Assembly: GCA_044892505.1 (NCBI GenBank)
Contig: CM097883.1
Span: 154,380,001-154,444,000, forward strand
From: Schmidtea nova
Taxonomy: Eukaryota
DNA: 64,000 nt
Direction of reading: 5' to 3'
The notes beneath the pieces were generated by a model that did no database searches, was not told where the DNA came from, and was given only the letters and a program-made list of their open reading frames with translations. Positions 22,411 to 35,209 of the stretch are shown here, one piece after another (within the stretch, counting starts at the first letter, position 1; each line of letters begins with the position of its first letter). The position numbers and the translations under genes are program-made.

Positions 22411-22555
22411 ATTAACCCACTTTCCGTGATTGGATGGATCTGAAAATTTAATAGCATGCCGTGTTTTCCACAACAAATCTATTTGTCAAATTTCAGCTCA
22501 GTCCAATTATGGAAAGTAGGATAATTTGACCTCACAAAATTTGCGTGCCACATAC
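22411..22555. mobile_element. Small palindromic MITE-like element (mariner-type internal palindrome)
   Basis: Imperfect inverted repeat CCCACTTTCCGTGATTGGATGGATCTGAAAATTT / AAATTTCAGCTCAGTCCAATTATGGAAAGTAGG. Confidence 0.5.
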
Positions 22556-23290
22556 AAACATACAAAGATTAGCGAAGTTAATGCAGAGAGTAAAAATCAC
22601 TATTTTTGTTATTCAACTGAAATTTTAAAATTACCAATTCCAATTGAAAAAGGCTAAATGGGTAATTTGTTTTAAATATAAAACATTGACCTATATGCGA
22701 AAGCTCACCTAAGACAAAGGAAAATTATAAATATAATTTTGACTAAGACCATTTATAAATTCAAGTTCACATGAAAATTTGTTTGGTAAAAAGATGATTG
22801 AACACTCAAGCTTGACATGTGTGAGTAATTTCGATGTATTTATTATTCGCTTATCTAGCTGTTCTGTTATTTTGGTTGTATATCATAAATGTGTATGTGT
22901 GCATGCCTCGAATTATCTACATATTTTTTGAAATGGTATGTCAATTTAGTATTACACGAGTTATACTTGTATTTTGATTGTTACCATTTTAAACCATGCC
23001 TCTCTATTTGAACAATGTCTATATATTAAAAGAAATACAAATTTTTAAAATTTCCTTAAAACTTTTAATTGTCTTCAATTATTATATCTACTGTAGATTC
23101 ATTTGATTCCGGAAAAAAGCGAAAAGTAATTCCATGTAACTTCTATTATTTTTTTAATTACTTTCGTATTTTTTGGTATTTTAAAAAGTGTATATGTATT
23201 ACTAAATGATACATAGAAGTACAATTAAAAATGAAATTTAAATAATTAATTTATTAAAATTTAAATATTTAATATCTTTTTAATTTCCAG

Positions 23291-24228
23291 ACAAATTGCC
23301 AATTAAAAGGCTACGAAACATATTTTTCAAATCCGTAAATCTTGTTGAACTGGTACTAATGAATCTCTTCAATTTAGAACATATAGACTTTCATTTACTC
23401 GATTCCCAGAGATCTTTTAGTCGGATCGTCTTAGACAACACAACAGTAGGCCCTGACAATTTGAAAGAAGTACTAAAACCAGTAAGGCGTTCCATAAAGG
23501 AATTTCGATTTATCAACAATCGCAATGAAATAGTGAAATTACCTCAAAGATTCTTTCTGGATTATCAGTTCGGATTGTTAGATCTTCAAAACAATTTTTT
23601 CCTCGACTGGGTCTTTCTCAATGTCACTAAATCGAGAAAGCTTCTTCTGAAAAATAGTCAAGTTTTCAAATCAAGCTTTGATTTATCAAAGTTTTCCATT
23701 CTCTATCTGTATTGTGAATTGTTTGACTTGGAAAAAATCGGCATCCAAGGAACATTTCCGTTGAAGATTTCCAAACCATTTCAACATGTCAAAAGTCTCA
23801 GTGTGAAATTGAACAGTATCGAAAGTCTAAATAATAACATAGACGAAATGTTTCCCCATTTACAATTGCTTGATATAAGTTACAATAAAATAAAACATTT
23901 GCAGCCAGAGTTAAACAATCTATTCTACAGAACCGAAATTTTCAAACTCGAAGGAAACCCCCTCCACTGTAACTGTCAGGTACGATGGCTATCGGCCAGA
24001 TACAAATCGAAAATTCGAGATTTCCCTCGTTGCAATTTCGGTTATCGAAATTCTAATTTATTCGAGCAAACAAAACTGAAAGATATATTTTTCTCCCAGT
24101 TGGCTACAGATAGCCTTATTTGTCTTCCACCACGAGCTCCGGTTTTGTCAATTTCCAAAGCTGAAAATCCTATAAAGCTAACAGTTTCTGGAAAGGATAA
24201 GCCGAATAATATTTCTATTGTCAAAAAG
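23291..24228 (+). CDS. Exon 3 of the LRR-Ig protein (LRR array + LRRCT)
   Basis: Acceptor TTTCCAG| in phase 1. Contains repeated LxxLxLxxNxI motifs and LRRCT GNPLHCNCQVRWL...C...C. Donor AAG|GTAATT in phase 0. Confidence 0.88.
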
Positions 24229-24345
24229 GTAATTTTTTGCATATTTTGGATTTTGGATTTTTGATTTTAACAATCATTTATATTTATATTAGTAAAATAT
24301 TTAATTTTCATCTTCAATTGGTAAAGCTGGATTTAAATGAAATGT

Positions 24346-24600
24346 CGGATCAGGTAAAAAAAAGCCCCAGAGAGCATCAGGTAAAAAAGCCCCAAAAAAA
24401 TAAAAAGGGTTAATAAATAATAAAGGGTTAGGGTTAGGGTGGAATGCTTTTTAAATAATTAAATTAAATAATTAATTAAATTAAATAAATAAATAATTAA
24501 TAATTAATTTAAATTAATTAATAAATAAATAATTATATCGTTTTAATATTATTTTTCTTGAAAAAGAGATCAGGTAAAAAAAGCCCTGGGGAAATGTCAG
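24346..24600. repeat. Short repeat element with three GATCAGGTAAAAAA(A)GCCC-type units and a telomere-like (GGGTTA)2GGGT core
   Basis: Units near 24347, 24376 and 24569; GGGTTAGGGTTAGGGT at 24425-24440. Confidence 0.5.
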
Positions 24601-24879
24601 TGAAATAATTGAAATTGTCAAAAAAAACTTTTACAAAAGAATGAAGTTTATTTTTAGCAAAATATTTTGCATTTGTATGTATATAATTTCAATCACAGCT
24701 CAGCTTTATAATATTGAAATTATAGTCTCTGAAAATTTCTACGAATTCTTCAAATAAATGATAATATAAATTTTTTTTTGAAATAATTTTTTTATTTGAA
24801 ATTTAATTATTATGAATTTAGTAATTAATAATTATAATGTTATTTCAACTGAAACATTCAAAAAATTTACAATTTGTAT

Positions 24880-25170
24880 AATTTAATTAAAAGTCTTTTG
24901 GAAACCCAATGAAACCCAGTAGATAATACATACGACCTAAATCTAATATCGTAAAATAATTGGAACTATTTAATATATCCAGCATTTTATTCGTGCTGTG
25001 AATATGAAATATTGTTCTCTGAGCTATAAGATTAGGAGCTCTAAAATTCAGACAAATTTTAATATGGTCTTATAATTTTTAACGCCAACTAAAGGATAAT
25101 TCCACAGAGACCAATATTTTTCAATAATTCCGCTCTTCTTCATCTCTACAACATTTTTTTCAGTTCTAAT
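24880..25170 (-). pseudogene. Gypsy RT remnant
   Basis: The minus strand reads MKKSGIIEKYWSLWNYPLVGVK, matching the Gypsy RT start (GIIExSxSxWxxPxVxVxK). Confidence 0.5.
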
Positions 25171-25173
25171 TTT

Positions 25174-25977
25174 TGTTGGGGTTAAGAATAAAATCACAAA
25201 AGTTAAAAAAAATAATAGTAAAAGCAAAGAAATATCAAAATAAGTAAAAATGCAAAAATTAATTAAAATTTATCAAAAATTTAAAACTAATATTTATCGG
25301 GGGAAATGGGTATGATGGAATGCCAATTCAAAAGACGAACCCAAAAATAATAATAGAAATTTAGTCAAGGGTCCTCAAAAAAAGTTATATAGTAAAAACA
25401 AACTAATTAAAATTAATTAATCGCTCAATGGTAAGCCCAAGGCAATGGGAAGCCCGAGGCAATTGGAAACCCGAGCACAGTAGAGACCTGTGACAGCAAA
25501 GGCGGGAGATTGCGCAGGGCAATTAAGGAGAATCCACCCGAGCGCCAACATAATAATTTGTTGATGGACAAATTAAGGGTAACTTTTGGGTTGTTGATAA
25601 AATTAAATTGCCATTTGCGATTTGTATAAAAGGCAGTGCAAAGTAAATGACGGGGCCAGAAACTTAGAGCTTAAGTAACAGAAAGGTGGTAAAATTTATT
25701 GAAATTTACCCAGAGAGAACTTGCTTAATTCGAAAATTAAAAAGACAAAGTGAGGAAAGACCATTTTATTAACCGTCCTAACTAGGGGATCAAATCCGAA
25801 TCAGAAAGAGAGTGCAAACTGTCGAGAGTGTAGATCCTAGTGATTAAAAGAAGTTGTAATTTGTGATGATCAGTTAATAAATTGTTCTGTGTTGGATTTC
25901 ATTGATTTTTGATAATTAAAGGACACGACGAGTCAGGTGATTGAACCGATCTTAAACAACACAATAATAACCCAACA
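25174..25977 (+). mobile_element. Solo LTR (family A)
   Basis: Ends TGTTGGGGTTA...TAACCCAACA, flanked by TTTT on both sides, with internal ~17-bp CAATGG(A/G)AA.CCC.AG repeats. Confidence 0.8.
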
Positions 25978-26287
25978 TTTTTAAATGTAGTGAGTTCCAT
26001 ATCGGATTAATCGTTATCGGATGTGCTGTCGTTACAATTTCGTGTTTTATCATTGATGTCTTACTGATATTGCACTCGTTTTACATAAAAATGCGTCAAT
26101 ACCTTTTAGAAAAATTTTAATTCCTTCATCTAATATTTATTTTCTTTCAAATAATTTTTTATCTTTAAATATTTTTAGATAAATATTGAACTCTTTAATA
26201 AATTTATTCCATCGATAGCCTTTGATAATACTCCTTTAGTAAAATTCTACTTATCTTATGTTGTCTCTAATTTTTATATTTAACTTA

Positions 26288-27230
26288 TGTTATTGTTAAT
26301 ATTAAAATCACAAAGATAGAAAGAAATAAGAGTAAAAGCAAAAAATATCGAAAAAACAAAAGTTCAAAAAAAATAATTATAAGTTTCCAAAAATTAAAAT
26401 TGATATTCATCGGGGAAATGGGTATGGTTGAACGCCAAATCTAGAAACAGATCCAAGAATAATAATGAAAATAATGAGGGGCCCTCAGAGAAAGTTATAT
26501 CGTAAAACAAGTTAATTAAAATTAATTAATCGCTCAATGGAAAACCCAAGACAATGGAAAACCCAAGACAATGGAAAACCCAAGACAATTAAAACCCGAG
26601 CGATGAAGAAAACCCGAACGCATTAGAAACCCAAGAGATCAAAGGCGGGTGATTGTGCAAACCAATTATGGAAAATTCCACCTGGCGCGAATGGGAAAGC
26701 AGCAATATAATTTGTTGATGGGTTAATTAGACCAGAGATTTAGATAAGTTTCGTTCGAGAAATGTAAAAAAGGACAGCAGAAAAGAAAAAGGTGGCAAGT
26801 GGTCGAAAGGAAAAATTGAAATATTGGCACTGAATTTGAAATATTATAAAACTTAAATTATCAGTGCCAGTGGTTCAAATCGAAAGCAGTCGAAAAGAAT
26901 AACATTGAAAAGATTAATTTGCGGAGCCTGAGAAGATAATAAAAGGAGGTGAGAAAAGATTTTAATAAAACCTATTCAAACAAAACTTACCAGAAAAGGC
27001 TATTACCACTTGGGTTATATGCCTTAATGTAAATTAATCGAGAGCGTGAGAAAGTGCAACTTATTGAGATTGTAAATTGTACTGATAAAAACAAGTTTCT
27101 TTCAAAGACGAATTGTATTTGTGGTGACTATTCAATAAAATATTCTGTGTTTTATTGATTTATGATTAATTTAAAGGATACGATGAGTTAGATATTTGAA
27201 CCGATCTTTAACAACAAAATTAACTCAACA
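26288..27230 (+). mobile_element. Solo LTR (family A, diverged copy)
   Basis: Colinear with 25174-25977. Ends TGTT...AACA, flanks CTTA/CATA, internal CAATGGAAAACCCAAGA tandem. Confidence 0.75.
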
Positions 27231-30200
27231 CATAGTTCTACTCGCTATTGCTATCTCAGAAAATTCCTTGACCTTTCCAAGACTCTCATTGATCACTATC
27301 ATCCTCACATGTACTATTCAACGTTTCCTGATCTAAAAACTTCAAAAGGTCAGTGTTTAAGCCAAATAGATTACATGTGACTTGTGCAACACTCAAAAGG
27401 AAAACTGTGTTTCAGGATGTAAAGACATTCTACGTTTATAGATGACTCGTAACATTAAAAAGAGATTGTTCATTACAAATAAGAAGTGAATATATGCTCA
27501 ATGTTTACCATTTTTGTAATCCACTAGAGAGTAGGTAATAATGGAGGCGAAAGACAAAACTTTTCTATGATAAATGGGCGCAAATTTCGATGATAACTAT
27601 TACTTTGAGGTTCTGGAAAAGAATAACAACCTACTCCTACAGTCCGTTATTTTCATGATCTGAATTTAATAGTACATCTTCAGGAACTTTGAGGCATTTC
27701 GAGGGGTGACTTTTTTGTCTAAAGAATATTTGGCATAAAAAAAGATCAAAGATGTTAGTGCAACATTTACTCATGAGCAATTTAAAGGGGTTTACTGAGT
27801 TCGTAGACCACATCAGCAAAGTAATTGACAGTAGTCGGGACTATTTATAAAGTGTTATTCCGCTTTAATCCATGTTTTTTTGTTTTTCTTGAATGCTTTG
27901 TAATTGAATTTTGTTAAAAATAAAAACAAAACTTAAAATAAGTTTTTAATTTTTCAGAAAAAAATCAAGAAAAGCGAAATGATTTTTGGAACTCTCTATA
28001 TTTTTATTTTTATTCAAATTGTGTACAATATAATATGATATTTAATATTACAATTATTTATATAACATTTAAATTTAAATTAAATAAATTAACATAATTC
28101 ATGCGATTACAAAATTTCCATTTCATACAAACATGGCTCAAGGGGTTACCTCAATCACTTCTCCTAATGAAGGAGCGTATTCGCCTGGGGTTTCCATTCC
28201 TTTTATTTTTTTGATTGAATGCAGAAATATCGTTTTTTCTTACAATGAATGACAATTACACTTGTGCAATTTGCGTGAAAAAATCTGTTTCTCTGCTTGC
28301 CTCCCTAGCATCGTTTGTATTGATAATTGACTCTGAAATTTATTATTTTGGAATAGGATTGGGCCTTGTGAAAATTCCACTGTTACTTTATCTGATATTT
28401 CCCTGTCTTTTCTTGAGAGACAATTATTCGTTTCAGTAATATCTTCCATTAAAATTTTGAGCCTTCTCTTTCTGAGGCCTCTTTTGGTTTCAGCATTGAC
28501 CGACTCCGATTTTACAATCTGGGCATAATTTTTATTTGATTATTTTATTGAATTGTGATGAAGTTTTCTGTCTCAATTTCTCGTTTTACTTCTCAAAGTT
28601 CTTTCGATTTTGGAAATTTCTGATGGTTTAATAAATTTCAGCAAAAGCATGGTCACCAATATTAAAACCATTGATCTTGTTTTTATTCATAATTCAAAAT
28701 ATTTCCCAAATTCTATTATTAAAACAACAACTTCTAAAACAAAATAAATTAATAATGCATTTTGATATTCTGAGAGATACCAATGTACTTCAATCATACA
28801 TATTAGTTGCTATTTACGGTATACTTATTGTTTAAATATTTTCAACTACATTTCGTATTTTCTATAGTATTTACGCGTTCTAACGGATTTCGGATTTATC
28901 TCATAACTTTTAATTTTTTCTTTTTTTGCAAACAACTTAATTTTGAAAACTTAAAAATTATTAAAAAAAATTTAAGTCTTCATTTTGGTTACTTTATAAA
29001 GAACATATCTTTATAACTAGTAACATATTTTGGACTAAAATGTAAAGAAATTCTAAATTATGCAAAACAAATACTTGTTACTGTATCAAAACATTTATAA
29101 TTCATAATGCGTGTTTCCATAATATATAATGCAAAGAATATAATTCAGAAATCCCAATAATATGTCCACACATTAACGCATATAAAATTCATTCTGATGA
29201 CATTATCAGTTATTGGGATTTTTAAAGTGTTATTTTTTTGGTGAGTTTTGTGAAATTGTTTTGTTTTAATTTTTTAAAATAGTATTTGGCGTAATTTTTT
29301 AATAAATGTTTTTTTTAAATAAGCTTTGTCGGGATTATTATCATTNNNNNNNNNNNNNNNNNNNNNNNNNNNNNNNNNNNNNNNNNNNNNNNNNNNNNNN
29401 NNNNNNNNNNNNNNNNNNNNNNNNNNNNNNNNNNNNNNNNNNNNNNNNNNNNNNNNNNNNNNNNNNNNNNNNNNNNNNNNNNNNNNNNNNNNNNNNNNNN
29501 NNNNNNNNNNNNNNNNNNNNNNNNNNNNNNNNNNNNNNNNNNNNNNNNNNNNNNNNNNNNNNNNNNNNNNNNNNNNNNNNNNNNNNNNNNNNNNNNNNNN
29601 NATTCAATGAAAACACTTCTCAAAATATTAAAAACAAATAACCAAATGAGACGAATCTGCACAACAAATCAAATTAAAATGTTCAAACTATGTTCAAACT
29701 ATGAAAGCTAAAGGTCGCACATGGATTGTTTTTATAATAATCACATTTTTCTGTTCCGATAACCAGAACAACAAATAAAAATCACCAGTTGTTTACTACT
29801 AGAATTGAAAAAAAACGGTTCTGGTCAACATAGAAGATAAATAAATAAAAAACCAAAAATAAAATCTTGGCATATGATTATTATAAGTGAGGTGACTCGG
29901 ATAAAGGTCATGAAAAATATGAATCTACCAATCATGATCCTAAAATATTAGAAAAATCAAAACAGTTCAGCATTTTCAATATCCAGAATTTTATTAAATA
30001 AAACTTTGTTAANNNNNNNNNNNNNNNNNNNNNNNNNNNNNNNNNNNNNNNNNNNNNNNNNNNNNNNNNNNNNNNNNNNNNNNNNNNNNNNNNNNNNNNN
30101 NNNNNNNNNNNNNNNNNNNNNNNNNNNNNNNNNNNNNNNNNNNNNNNNNATCTGTTGTGTAGATTCGTCTCACTGTTATTTGTTTTGAATATTTTGAGTA

Positions 30201-31199
30201 GTGATTTCATTGAATGTTTTTATTGTATTTATTCAATAATAATAATAATTATTGTAATAAAAATTAATAAAATTAAAAATAAATACAATTAAAATAACAA
30301 TTTTCAAGAAATAAATAAAATAATAATAATAAATAATTAACTTAAAAATAATAATAAATCATACAAAGCTTATTTAAACAAAAATTGCGCCATTTATTTG
30401 TACAACAAGAAAATATATTTAAACAAAACGAATTTCAAAATTGCACCAAAAACATTTTAAAATATTTAAAACACATTTCAAAAATATCGCCCAAAAATTA
30501 CATTCCAACAAAACACTTTAACAATCCCACCAAAAGGCATTTGCACGATGACTGACAATGGAGGCAGTCTGGAAATAGTTAATGACTCAAATTGTGGTCA
30601 AATTGGGTATCAAACTAACGAACTGCCAACACTATATAGAGTTATTAATTCCGAATACATAAGCAATAATATCGCGATATTTTCAATAGATCAAAACTGA
30701 TTCTCTTTGTGCGGTACATGTAGCAAAAATACAGCAACTATGGAAATCAATAAAAACGGTTTATAGACTTATTGATTGGTTTTCTTAGAATTTCAATCTA
30801 TTTTTAGCGTTTTATAATCACGCTCACAACTGAGTAAATCTTTTCGTTAACTGAATTTGTTGTCGCTTTTATAAAGATTTTAAATCTGACCATTTCCTGC
30901 CATGAATATACAATGTTCCCAAATAATTTAAATGATTAATTTTATTGTTTTGAAGAAAACAATCCTGTTCCACATTTTAATGATTTTTTTTTATTGTTTT
31001 TTTAGATTTTGAAGAATATTTTCTAAATCTTAACATTAATTTGAAATTAAATTTTGAATTTTTACATATACTATTATTTTTTAATGTCAGAACTACGAAA
31101 CCATCCACTTTCACTGGTTAACTCTTTAGACGAATTCATTTCTTATAAAGAAAGCACATTTTATATGATAAATAAAAATTTAATTATCAACAAAAACTA

Positions 31200-31861
31200 A
31201 TTAAAATTTGGAAAATTAAAAAATAAAAATTTTGCGTGGAAAACTGGAATTGGAGAATGCCAAATTATAAGATAAATTTAAATAAAAAAGGGGTTCCCAG
31301 AAAGAAATATAAAAAAAAACAAATTCATTTAAAGAAATTCATTACCTAATGGAAAACTAGAGTCATCAACAAAATCATTTATTTACTAAGGTAAATTGAA
31401 TGATGAGGAAGCCCCGGTGAACTATAGATAAATCAATTACCCTGAACCAATTAACTATTGGGAAACCCGTGCGAAGAAGGAAAACCAGAGTGGTCAAGAG
31501 AACCCGAACCTAAATAACATAATTGATTTTATATATTATTTAATCAAGAGGTGCTGACCAATAATTCAATCAAAAAATATTATAAAAAGAAAAGGAAGTT
31601 TAGTATTCTTGCCTGTTGGTCGAAGGTAGTTTTGTGAGTTATACAGAGTTTCACTTCAAATAAATTATTGCGTACCAGACAGGGGGATCTCCATTGGAAG
31701 ATCTATCCCTATAGCTGAAAACACCAAATTATTAACAAGTGTTAACTACGTTATAATAGTGTATTGAAATTAAATAAAAGTTATTGTTTCGGTTGACTTA
31801 TTTTTTAAAAGGAGCACGAGGAGTCAGAGGTCTGTACCGACTTAATAAAAAAAACCTAGCA
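31200..31861 (+). mobile_element. LTR-like repeat related to family A
   Basis: Shares the GGGGTTCCCAGAAAG, GGGAAACCCG and GGAGCACGAGGAGTCAG...ACCGA blocks. The left end was not resolved. Confidence 0.5.
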
Positions 31862-32613
31862 CATATACTACAGAATTAATCATACATCTATTTGGCTGGT
31901 CGGCAGTTTTGGATAAAGATATTTTTAGTAGTTTTAGAATATAAAGCTTACCATTTAAAGTTCATAAATATTCAAAGGGAAAAATTTGAACTTAATTATA
32001 TTTTTGTTTTACTATATTATCTGATTGTAATAAAATAAATTTACTTATTGACTTAATACAACTTTTANNNNNNNNNNNNNNNNNNNNNNNNNNNNNNNNN
32101 NNNNNNNNNNNNNNNNNNNNNNNNNNNNNNNNNNNNNNNNNNNNNNNNNNNNNNNNNNNNNNNNNNNNNNNNNNNNNNNNNNNNNNNNNNNNNNNNNNNN
32201 NNNNNNNNNNNNNNNNNNNNNNNNNNNNNNNNNNNNNNNNNNNNNNNNNNNNNNNNNNNNNNNNNNNNNNNNNNNNNNNNNNNAACAAAATAAGCCTTTG
32301 CTGCAAAAGTAATTTTATTAAATGAGAAAATTACTTTTGCAGCAAAGGCTTATTTTGTTACTTATTTACTAATTAATTTAATACTTAATGCTGCNNNNNN
32401 NNNNNNNNNNNNNNNNNNNNNNNNNNNNNNNNNNNNNNNNNNNNNNNNNNNNNNNNNNNNNNNNNNNNNNNNNNNNNNNNNNNNNNNNNNNNNNNNNNNN
32501 NNNNNNNNNNNNNNNNNNNNNNNNNNNNNNNNNNNNNNNNNNNNNNNNNNNNNNNNNNNNNNNNNNNNNNNNNNNNNNNNNNNNNNNNNNNNNNNNNNNN
32601 NNNNNNNNNNNNN

Positions 32614-33000
32614 GAATATACGTTGGTAATGAATTCAAATCAACTGGTGGAACTAAATTGTGAAACTGAAGGTGATCCTACCCCTACACTGATTTGGTCA
32701 GATGAAGTTGGTCCAATACTTACTCGCCATCCATCATCCCACATTAACCATTCATCTAACAGAATCACAGTTGGTTTAGAAGGTTCAAACGTCTCGTCAA
32801 TATACATATGTACTGCTTCTAATATTGAAGGCATTTCGTTTGCTTTACTGAATCTAGTATCGAAAAAGGTCGACATACCGGTCCACAAAAATACCTCAAA
32901 TATCGTTTACGATCGAATAATATCAAATGTGAACTATAGAAATTGTGCCTCGACATACTTTGCTCAAATTTCAGAATTCAAAATTATTGAAACTTTGATG
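32614..33000 (+). CDS. Ig (I-set) domain exon, most likely exon 4 of the LRR-Ig gene; acceptor hidden in the N gap, 3' end uncertain
   Basis: Reads EYTLVMNSNQLVELNCETEGDPTPTLIW...YICTASNIEG (C-W-YxC pattern). The frame is compatible with the phase-0 end of exon 3. Confidence 0.8.
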
Positions 33001-33799
33001 TGGCAGATTTTATATATTTTTATATGTATTATGAATAAATATTATTTATAAACAAACACTTTTGGAAACAATTGTTTCCATTTGAAATCGTAAATAAGAT
33101 TTTGTGATCATTTTCTTGTGAAGTTCGAGTCGCTCAATATTTTTGTTTAAATAGTAGAATATTTGTTGATTTGTACACACTCCAGATTTCAGCAAATTGG
33201 TGCGGTAAAAAAAGAATTGGTTTTATTAAATGCAATTTATTTTTAATATTCCTTATTTTTTTGGTCGTTTTGTTAAAGTTCATGAAAATTAAAAAATTTA
33301 TTAAAATAAAATAAATTTATAAATACAGAAATTAAAATTTGAAAATTCACTAAAAAACGAATTAATAATTATTAATTTTATTAATAAAAACGCCACTCGT
33401 ATAACCCTCGTATTAAAGATTTCGGCAGACTCCCTGTCATTATCAGGAGGAAAAATACAGAAAACTATGTTTATTTCAATTTATTCAAACAAATTATAAA
33501 CTATAATGAAATAAATATTAAATTTTAAATATTTTTTAATTAATAGACATTTTTAATTTATTAAAATCCAATAATGAAAGGATTCATGAAGGCATATCAT
33601 GCACCAAGAGGAAAGAAATTGGATATTTGTTTTCTCAAAGCGTGCTAAGAAGAAAAGGTGACACTTTTCTTCATTTATAAATTGAAAATTAGCGAATGTC
33701 TTTCAAATATAAATGCCCAACAATTGCATCAAAGAACATTAAGAAGAATGTTGGAATCAGAGAAGATACGGAGAACGTCCTTAGATAAAAACATAATCA

Positions 33800-35008
33800 A
33801 GTAGAGGAATGTGGTTTAACAAAACTAATGAATTTTGTACTAAATGGTGTATTAGACATTCAATTTCTCTATTAAAATGCAAAGGTGATTTGCATATTAA
33901 TTATGTAACTAGCTAGAAAAAAGTTTCCGGATTTCAGAAGCTTGTCAAAAGATGAGGAACGGATTTTGAAATATGGTCCTAATTAGTACATTTAAAATCC
34001 GTTTGATGAAAGTGTTAATTACGAATGTTGATTTGCGTAATGTTAAAGGCAAAGTTCGAGTACAATCGAGTATGTAGATAAAAATTTTAAAAAAACAGAA
34101 AAACAAGAATTATTTGGTCTTAAATTACATAATCAAGAAAGATATTAATGTGTGTTATTTTGATAAAGAAACGAATTGGTGATATTGGAGAATGATGTGT
34201 ATGGTAGACTTATTGATGAAAAAGTGATTAAATTAACTATTCCAAGTGGTTCACAACCAGCAAAATTATACGGAATCCAAAAATTTATAAAAAGGTGTAC
34301 CTATGAGACCTGCTTTATATATGATTAGTACTGTAAAATATAAGATAGCAAAGTATTTGGATAGATATTTAAAACCTTTAATGCAACCAGAGTTAATATA
34401 TAAGGATAGCTTTGAATTAGCGTTGTGTATTGCACAGTTGAATAAAAATACTGTGAATGTGTATATGGTTTCATTTGATGTATTTAGTTTGTTTACTCAT
34501 GTCCCATTGGTAAAAATAATGGATTTATTTTGTGAATTGTAGAATGAAAATATATATGAACATCATCTGTGGGATTGGAGTGCATTTCGTAAACTTCTGC
34601 TACTTTCAAAGTTAATTTTCTTTTCAATAATGAATGGTATCAACAGATACATGGAGTAACTATGGGTTGTCCTTAGCACCAATTTACTAGCGAGCTTCGA
34701 AAAGAAAATTACTTCTTTCCAATTTGAAAAACAAATTCTATATGAAAGATATGCCGATGACATTTTTCATATGTTTAGAAATCAAGATTATGTGCAGCCG
34801 TTTTTGGATTATATGAATGGTTTACAAAAAAACATCGTTTTCCCATATGAAACCGAGAATGAATCTTTTTAGATATGTTAATCAAACTTAAGGATGAACA
34901 GTATTAGACAGAGATATATAGAAAAAGAACTGATACTGGTCTTTATACTACGCCAGAAGGTGTTTGTGAGTGTAAATATTATAAAAATATTGTTAAATGA
35001 TTAATTTA
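33800..35008 (+). mobile_element. Penelope-like reverse transcriptase remnant
   Basis: Contains GSQPAKLYG, RPALYMISTVKYKIAKYL, SFDVFSLFTHVP, RYADDIF and YRKRTDTGLY, broken by stops and frameshifts and cut by a gap. Confidence 0.8.
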
Positions 35009-35209
35009 NNNNNNNNNNNNNNNNNNNNNNNNNNNNNNNNNNNNNNNNNNNNNNNNNNNNNNNNNNNNNNNNNNNNNNNNNNNNNNNNNNNNNNNNNNNN
35101 NNNNNNNNNNNNNNNNNNNNNNNNNNNNNNNNNNNNNNNNNNNNNNNNNNNNNNNNNNNNNNNNNNNNNNNNNNNNNNNNNNNNNNNNNNNNNNNNNNNN
35201 NNNNNNGGT

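Noticed and set aside
27236-27349. Possible LRR-gene exon bounded by AG and GT
   Set aside because: The phase-0 reading stops early and no linking exon was found.
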